Virus record (IMG/VR): IMGVR_UViG_3300034691_000040
Span: 62,848-126,847 of that record
Direction: 5' to 3' (one strand)
Source of the DNA: a virus
Length of the DNA: 64,000 nucleotides
Position numbers and translations under genes: made by a program
Notes under the pieces: generated by a model
Seen by the model: only the letters and a program-made list of their open reading frames with translations
Database searches by the model: none
Told to the model about the DNA's origin: nothing
Shown: piece after piece, positions 58,469 through 64,000 of the stretch
Numbering within the stretch: the stretch's first letter is position 1
Layout of the letters: every line of letters starts with the position of its first letter

Positions 58469-58872
58469 AGCATTGTAAATACCGCATTACCAACCTCACG
58501 GACGGTAATGTCATTCAAAACTACAACTTCGTTCCAGCGCGGAATGATTTTGATATCCTCATCTTTACAGAAAAGGAGTACGCGGGGAAGATGGAAGAAA
58601 CCCCCGACGATGAGGAGCTGCATGTTTATTCTGTTCTGCAAGCTATCCTCAATAGCCTCTGTAAGATGTCTGATCTCACGACTACGCGGTTTAAGATCGA
58701 ACTGGTGGGCGATGTAGAGGATTACGATCATCGTGCCTTTGCGACGCTCTGCCGTAACTTCCTAGACAGTTGTCACGATTCCGGTACGTTCCCGCCATCG
58801 ATGTATACAACCAGTCGAGAAGACAACTGCTTTTATCTTGGCATGGCGCAAGTACGGCCAACGCTTCACTAA
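58465..58872 (+). CDS. Hypothetical protein (135 aa)
   Basis: ATGA overlap; SD AAGGA. Confidence 0.65.
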   Translation: MKHCKYRITNLTDGNVIQNYNFVPARNDFDILIFTEKEYAGKMEETPDDEELHVYSVLQAILNSLCKMSDLTTTRFKIELVGDVEDYDHRAFATLCRNFLDSCHDSGTFPPSMYTTSREDNCFYLGMAQVRPTLH

Positions 58873-58887
58873 GACCTAAGGGGGTCA
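58870..58887 (+). promoter_or_regulatory. SD-overlapping hairpin, copy 2
   Basis: TAAGACCTAAGGGGGTCA upstream of GTG 58891. Confidence 0.55.
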
Positions 58888-58890
58888 GTC

Positions 58891-59724
58891 GTGTTTAAGA
58901 AGATCATTGCTTTCTTTAAGCAAAAGCTTGAGGAAGAACGTACGCACAAAGAAGAGATGAAAAAACGTGATCGGGTTTGTTCTGATCTTCACCGCATGCA
59001 TTATTCACGGCATTACCACCACAGCTTCATTAAGGTGACGGCTGGCGGAGTTACAGGCGGTGAGTGTTTAGAGGGCATTGTTTGTTATGCCGACCCACAC
59101 AACTCAATCATCGATATCTTGACCCCGAGTGGGCTTGTGACCCACCTAGATTTGATGGAGCGTGAATACTCGGTTGTCTGGAATTATCAACGTGAGGACG
59201 TGGTTCACTACAACGAGGATAACTGGGTTAACTATCAGGCATGGTGTGACCGTATAGGTGAGCTGGACGAAGCGGCCGGATTGGCGCTGTTTACGAACAA
59301 AGCCGGTGGTGTTAATACCCAACCGCTGTTCTGGCCGGAGAACTACGCCGAATTGGAAATGCCACGGACTAGGTGGCATGTTTACATTGTCGGCTATAAC
59401 GCAACCCCCATCAAAACGCTTGAAGAGTTGAAAAATATCTATGCGGAGCTCAAGCGTAAATCCCTGGCGCCCGTCAGAGAGTGGTACGACGTCAAGTTCC
59501 TTAATTCAAGAGCCCACCCTGAGTTGGCAGTAAGGCTTGGCGGTTTGGTTAAACACAAAAATGGCACAGGTTCTAAGTTGGCTATCATGAAGTCTGAAGA
59601 TGGCATTTGCGTAAGCGGTGGCATCGTGTATGACCGTATAGCGCTCAACCTGGATACGGATAAGTTCGAATTGATCATGTCCTATCACTATCGTGAAGTG
59701 GGGGATCTGAGCGACCTGGGGTAG
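58891..59724 (+). CDS. Hypothetical protein (277 aa)
   Basis: GTG start; His-rich N-terminal patch. Confidence 0.7.
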   Translation: MFKKIIAFFKQKLEEERTHKEEMKKRDRVCSDLHRMHYSRHYHHSFIKVTAGGVTGGECLEGIVCYADPHNSIIDILTPSGLVTHLDLMEREYSVVWNYQREDVVHYNEDNWVNYQAWCDRIGELDEAAGLALFTNKAGGVNTQPLFWPENYAELEMPRTRWHVYIVGYNATPIKTLEELKNIYAELKRKSLAPVREWYDVKFLNSRAHPELAVRLGGLVKHKNGTGSKLAIMKSEDGICVSGGIVYDRIALNLDTDKFELIMSYHYREVGDLSDLG

Positions 59725-59754
59725 TTCTAAATCAATTTATAAGAGGACGTATAG

Positions 59755-60141
59755 ATGAGCAATCGTGAAGTGCTGATCATTGCACAAAAGCAAGAAGACC
59801 TGGATCATGTAAAGGCCGCGTATCCAGAAATGGATTTCAAGGACATTACTGAACTGCTGGATATCTCAAAATACGCTGGGCTGACCAGGGTGGGTGTTTC
59901 TCGTGAGTTGTCGGAGGCGATGCCGATCGAGACACATCGCCGCGTTATGGCAATCATGCCCAAGCGGGAATCGGAATTGGATGATGCATGGAAACAGCGC
60001 ACGCTGTGCCACCAGATTCTATCTGCCGTAGCGTGTGGGTTTGATCAAGTCGTCAGTCTGACACCTGAAGACTCTCTGGTCTACAAAGAATACGCTGAGC
60101 ATGTAAAGAATCCCGAACCCGCCAACGATGCGAAACTGTAA
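59755..60141 (+). CDS. Hypothetical protein (128 aa)
   Basis: SD AGAGGA; N-terminus resembles an internal segment of 39700..40329. Confidence 0.7.
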   Translation: MSNREVLIIAQKQEDLDHVKAAYPEMDFKDITELLDISKYAGLTRVGVSRELSEAMPIETHRRVMAIMPKRESELDDAWKQRTLCHQILSAVACGFDQVVSLTPEDSLVYKEYAEHVKNPEPANDAKL

Positions 60142-60262
60142 TACGAGGCATCAATACAAGACTCTAGTCTGAGTCGCCTCATGGCAACGCCTCACAAGGA
60201 TGTGAGTAATAACCGGTGCGTAGTTAACGCTGCGCACCACTCTATCAATCAACGAGGGAATT

Positions 60263-60517
60263 ATGAGTAAATGTAAAAACAAAAACAACAGAGTCAATCA
60301 GGCACCGACTATAAAGCCTGTGTGGTATAAGCGATTGAAGCCAAGCCGTAAGACCGTCAATAAATGGGTCAAGTGGTTCTTGCAATCAGTCAAACTGGAA
60401 CTCAACTTCGGAGAGATGTTCAAGTGGATCTTCTTCAGCATGGTCTGGATGACGTTCTTCCCCAACTCTGCCACTCAGTTGGAACAAGTCGCAAAACTTG
60501 TCTCAGCCTTCTTGTAA
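60263..60517 (+). CDS. Small membrane protein with basic N-terminus (84 aa)
   Basis: SD GAGGG; TM-like FKWIFFSMVWMTFF. Confidence 0.7.
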   Translation: MSKCKNKNNRVNQAPTIKPVWYKRLKPSRKTVNKWVKWFLQSVKLELNFGEMFKWIFFSMVWMTFFPNSATQLEQVAKLVSAFL

Positions 60518-60534
60518 CGTATCAAACATGACGC

Positions 60535-60573
60535 CCCAGCTTCGGCTGGGCTTTATGTCATCTTTCTTTTTTT
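60535..60573 (+). terminator. Intrinsic terminator with TATG
   Basis: CCCAGC-TTCG-GCTGGG, then CTTTATG and a T-run. Confidence 0.8.
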
Positions 60574-60630
60574 TGTACTAAACTACACGCCTGTGTATCT
60601 TATGTTCGCCACCTAATACTTCTTGAGGAA

Positions 60631-60965
60631 GGGGAGGAAGGGGGTGGATTTTACGGAGTAAAATCCGGGGGTAGGTAGGGAAGGAGTAAGACGCATCCGC
60701 AGAGAGTCGAGCGAAGCGATGATGAACAAGGATATCTTTAGTCGACGAAGTCGACTAGGGAAGTTATTTTTAACATGATTAACAGATCCTATTTTCCAAG
60801 ATAAAGAATTAGTTAACAATGGACTGGGAGAATACCCAGTCCCTTATGACGCAATAGATCAAAGATACCATCAAAAGAACAAGAGAAGGGAGGTCTTCAA
60901 CCTCCCGCTTTTATAGAGCAGATCAAGAACAGAATAAGGAAGGAGGTTTACAACCTCCACTTTTA
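60631..60965. other. Structured non-coding locus (candidate origin or other cis-acting site)
   Basis: Four G-runs, two CGNAG triloop hairpins, an AT-rich 60-mer and a tandem hairpin repeat; no credible ORF. Confidence 0.45.
60875..60965 (+). repeat. Two imperfect direct repeats AAGAAC-R-rich-GGAGGT-N5-ACCTCC-RCTTTTA
   Basis: Units at about 60875-60913 and 60925-60965. Confidence 0.7.
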
Positions 60966-61003
60966 CAAACCAATGAGATGTTAACTTAATAGGAATCTTT
61001 CCG

Positions 61004-61582
61004 ATGGAAGCTTATTCGAAATTCTTGGGTGATGTATTTAATGCATCATCTTTGTCTGTTGAAGTTAAGTCTAAAGGTAAGTCTTTGAGTAAAGACGAAA
61101 GCAATGCCTTTGACGATTCTGAAGAAGAAGGTGATGGTATTCGTCTTGCCAGTGAACCTGGCCTACGTGAGCAGGGTAATGTCATGATTGACATCAACTC
61201 TACCTCCAGTCAGTACCAAGACACTCTCCACTACGTGGCAGAGTCTTTGCGTAAGAATGGATACAAGGTACGTCTTCGGTACGAAGGCATCGACATGAGC
61301 CTTGAGAGTGTGTCTGACGGCATCATGCCGGGGAACATGTCACTCAATGGTAATAACGCAGTGAACAACGTGATGAACGGTGTTTACGTACCTGATTTCA
61401 AAGACACTGACTTGTTCAAGCAAGTGACAGTGATCCAACCACAAGACCACGCACCAGAAAATAAAGATGGTGTATTGTTCATGGTTGATGACGGTAATGG
61501 TGAGATGAGTAACTACCTGAAGGATGAAGGGTATCAGGTAGCCAGTGATGCTGAAACATTGGAACTCCTGCTTTCGGCATAA
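61004..61582 (+). CDS. Acidic protein with S-x-E motifs, possibly virion/head (192 aa)
   Basis: SD AGGA; SVE, SEE and SLE motifs. Confidence 0.6.
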   Translation: MEAYSKFLGDVFNASSLSVEVKSKGKSLSKDESNAFDDSEEEGDGIRLASEPGLREQGNVMIDINSTSSQYQDTLHYVAESLRKNGYKVRLRYEGIDMSLESVSDGIMPGNMSLNGNNAVNNVMNGVYVPDFKDTDLFKQVTVIQPQDHAPENKDGVLFMVDDGNGEMSNYLKDEGYQVASDAETLELLLSA

Positions 61583-61584
61583 TG

Positions 61585-61619
61585 CGGCATAAAGACCGAC
61601 GTGGGAAACCACGTCGATC
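61585..61619 (-). terminator. Hairpin followed by TTTATGCCG on the minus strand
   Basis: CGACGTGG-GAAA-CCACGTCG with CGGCATA to its left; convergent junction. Confidence 0.65.
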
Positions 61620-61684
61620 CTCTGCAATCTAATTGTAAATCCATACCGTCATACATTACTGTATTGTAGGACAGTGCCCTTGTT

Positions 61685-62521
61685 CTATAGACGTGGTTTG
61701 CCACCAAGGTTGAGTTTGATGATCTTGCGGTATTTGTCCACATCCTGAATGATAGCGAGCTTAGCCCATTTCACGTCAACGAATTCGTTGTACATGGTGG
61801 TGGCATCAGCATAGCTGTCAATGATCTCACGGATACGACCCAGGGTTGCACCACTGCGGATGAAACCTTCATCAAGGTCGATGATGAGTGTGTTGTAGAC
61901 ATGTGACTTAACTGCCAACACAACCATCTCAGCAAAGTCCCGGTAATAAGGTTGCTTGATGTCATTGAAGTTGGGTTCGTGACTGACCGTACATCGTACT
62001 GCCGCATCGCCCATCACTTGGTTTGAGTCATTGACCAAGATGGTGTTGTGGTTAAGCAACTGCACGTAAGACGTACCCATCATTGCCACGCCATTGGTGG
62101 CTCTGATGATGTTGCGCACATCTTTAAGCATACCGGAACTGCGTGAGTCAAACCCAGTGGCAGTCGATCCAGTCAATGCCTGAGTCAGACCGTAGATCAG
62201 TTCATGCACAGTACTGATCTTTCGGTTACCCAATACGCTAGGAGGAAAACGATAAATGATGTTCCAGCTGTCGACATACTCTCGTTCAGCTTGACGCATC
62301 GGCAATAAGACTTCGGTACCCCCCACCAAATTAACATCAATGGCTACACGACCTTCGATGACCAGCTCGCGGATCTTCTCATCCAGCGAGATAGCGTCAA
62401 CGTTATCGAAATAACGATCCTGACGCGTAGGGTCGTATCGTTTAGCAGAAAAAGCTTGGTTTAAAACTTCCCTTGGGATCTCGCGAAGAACCCGCTGGAT
62501 TGCAACCGTAATCGGCGTCAT
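61685..62521 (-). CDS. Conserved phiKZ-like virion protein
   Basis: 278 aa; MTPITVAIQRVLREIPREVL start; divergent from phuZ, as recalled for related phages. Confidence 0.6.
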   Translation of the reverse strand: MTPITVAIQRVLREIPREVLNQAFSAKRYDPTRQDRYFDNVDAISLDEKIRELVIEGRVAIDVNLVGGTEVLLPMRQAEREYVDSWNIIYRFPPSVLGNRKISTVHELIYGLTQALTGSTATGFDSRSSGMLKDVRNIIRATNGVAMMGTSYVQLLNHNTILVNDSNQVMGDAAVRCTVSHEPNFNDIKQPYYRDFAEMVVLAVKSHVYNTLIIDLDEGFIRSGATLGRIREIIDSYADATTMYNEFVDVKWAKLAIIQDVDKYRKIIKLNLGGKPRL

Positions 62522-62581
62522 AACTCGTTACTCCCGACACACCACTATTTATTCATATCAGCAAAGAAAGGAACTGAAACA

Positions 62582-63583
62582 ATGACAACTGGTAACCTGA
62601 TCCAAGCCCAAACTCGCACCGTAATGTTCTATGCGTGTGGCGGCCCTGGTAGCAACCTGCTCCGTTCCCATCGTCAGGATACTCCGCTTCACACCGAATC
62701 CATGGCCGAAGAGAAATACTGCTACATCGACACCAGCTTCGCCAACCTCGCCGGCGTCAACCTGGAAGACACCTTCGTTCTGGAAGGCCTGGACGGTAGC
62801 GGTTCCGACCGCCCGCGTAACGCAAAGGCTATTAAAGCCGCCACGCCCGCCATCATGAACAAGTTCAAACCGGGTGATGTCAATATCGTAGCGTTCGGCG
62901 CCGATGGTGGTACTGGCTCAGTGGCCGGCCCAATCCTCGTTGAAGAACTCCTGTCCAAGGGCAAGAAAGTATTTCTGATCGTCAGCGGTGGTCACAACAC
63001 CCTCAAGGCCACGGCAAACACTATTGCCACACTGACCGGCCTTGAATCCGTCATCGGGCGAGTTAACCGCCCAGTCGTCATGATGTATCGTGAAAACGAT
63101 TTGACCAAAACGAATGCCGACAATAACGTCGTGGCGCTGATGACAATGTCCGCGCTTTCGCTGTTGTGCTCTGGCAAGAACCGTCAGCTGGACGGCGCCG
63201 ATATCGGCAACCTGGTAGATTACCCAGCGGTTACTCACTTCAAACCATCGCTGGCTATGCTTGACGTTTATGTTAACGAAGAGCAGTTGATTAAAGAAGC
63301 AACTGCGCCAATCGTTCACATCGCTTTGCTGAAAGACGAAAACGAAGTGATGCCTTCACTTTCGGCCGCTTACGGCAAATACGGCTATCTGCCGGAAGAA
63401 GCTTCGGACCGTTACAAAGAATCGTTCCACTACGTCGTCAGCAACTCCCGTCTGAAAAGCGTGCTTGCACGACTGGTAAAACGTCGCGAAGAACTTGAAT
63501 CCACCCAGAGCGTCATCGACAAACAAACATCGTTGATGAACGACAATGTCAAGGTCGATGATGAAACCGGCCTGGTGTTCTAA
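62582..63583 (+). CDS. phuZ: PhuZ/TubZ phage tubulin
   Basis: CGGPGSN, IDTS, GLDGSG, signature GADGGTGS, T7-loop QLDGAD, acidic C-terminal tail VKVDDETGLVF. Confidence 0.92.
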   Translation: MTTGNLIQAQTRTVMFYACGGPGSNLLRSHRQDTPLHTESMAEEKYCYIDTSFANLAGVNLEDTFVLEGLDGSGSDRPRNAKAIKAATPAIMNKFKPGDVNIVAFGADGGTGSVAGPILVEELLSKGKKVFLIVSGGHNTLKATANTIATLTGLESVIGRVNRPVVMMYRENDLTKTNADNNVVALMTMSALSLLCSGKNRQLDGADIGNLVDYPAVTHFKPSLAMLDVYVNEEQLIKEATAPIVHIALLKDENEVMPSLSAAYGKYGYLPEEASDRYKESFHYVVSNSRLKSVLARLVKRREELESTQSVIDKQTSLMNDNVKVDDETGLVF

Positions 63584-63600
63584 GCAATAACCCCGTGATG

Positions 63601-63631
63601 CGAGGCGGGGAAACCCGCCTCGTTTATGCTG
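63601..63631 (+). terminator. Hairpin followed by TTTATGCTG
   Basis: CGAGGCGGG-GAAA-CCCGCCTCG. Confidence 0.7.
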
Positions 63632-63657
63632 TTTAACTACCAATAGAGGAATCTATA

Positions 63658-63906
63658 ATGTCAACCTTGTTTTTCCGCTGCGAACGTTGTAACACACGGG
63701 ACCACATGAAGGCGTGCCCTCCATGCTCCGGTGGGCACCTTATTTGTTATCGCTGTCAGTTCAATAGCTGGCATGACCAGTTCCCAGAAGAACAATACGA
63801 CAGCTCGTTTCATGAGGTTGTCAACCCCACTCCTGACTCGACGGTAAATACGTTTACATCAATGGGTGGTGGCGGTCCTGCGGTTCCATGGGACTATGAC
63901 AATTGA
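63658..63906 (+). CDS. Small zinc-ribbon protein (82 aa)
   Basis: CERC, CPPC and CYRC; SD AGAGGA. Confidence 0.7.
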   Translation: MSTLFFRCERCNTRDHMKACPPCSGGHLICYRCQFNSWHDQFPEEQYDSSFHEVVNPTPDSTVNTFTSMGGGGPAVPWDYDN

Positions 63907-63928
63907 ACCTAATGACCGGAGAGCTTAA

Positions 63929-64000
63929 ATGCTCTCTAAGGTCGTTGGCTTTCTTTTTGGTACATGGGTAAGGGTCGTGGTCCGTATAGCGCTAATAGGT
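63929..64000 (+). CDS. Possible membrane protein, truncated by the window edge
   Basis: ATG after GGAGAG; hydrophobic MLSKVVGFLFGTWVRVVVRIALIG. Confidence 0.4.
   Translation, partial: MLSKVVGFLFGTWVRVVVRIALIG

Noticed and set aside
60613-60819. 68-aa minus-strand ORF in the structured locus
   Set aside because: TTG start without SD; the sequence is better explained by hairpins and G-runs.
3995-63631. Hairpin repeats read as a CRISPR array or IS ends
   Set aside because: Copies are single and dispersed, with no regular spacers, no cas or transposase gene, and no target-site duplications.
1-64000. tRNA or rRNA genes
   Set aside because: No intergenic cloverleaf with T-loop and D-loop consensus was seen; GGTTCGA-like strings fall within coding regions. 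tRNAscan-SE was not run.

Overview
This 64 kb window comes from a phiKZ-like, nucleus-forming jumbo phage (Chimalliviridae), inferred from gene content and synteny. From left to right it carries: a central tail spike (partial gene), an SbcC ATPase, virion genes, a probable i-/o-spanin pair, RNase H, UvsX/RecA, the C-terminal beta fragment of the virion RNA polymerase (vRNAP), baseplate genes, a 2227-aa tape measure protein with a lytic transglycosylase domain, the vRNAP beta'-N and beta-N fragments, the prohead protease followed by two paralogous head proteins with S/A-x-E cleavage sites, an accessory block, tail tube and sheath, baseplate genes, the terminase large subunit, about 9 kb of accessory genes, and PhuZ tubulin. 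No tRNA, CRISPR array, integrase or IS element was seen. The most unusual signals are non-coding. (1) A gene-free stretch of about 490 bp (60518-61003) holds a potential G-quadruplex with an embedded hairpin, two C-GNA-G triloop hairpins, a 78% AT segment and a tandem hairpin repeat, which is an origin-like or other cis-acting architecture. (2) A dispersed family of intergenic hairpins is flanked by CATA/TATG, shares a GCAAT/ATTGC loop and shows compensatory covariation. (3) A 24-nt motif recurs upstream of accessory blocks and is a candidate early promoter. (4) A duplicated hairpin overlaps the Shine-Dalgarno (SD) sequence of two genes. Homolog names such as phiKZ gpNNN come from recalled motifs and synteny, not from database searches.
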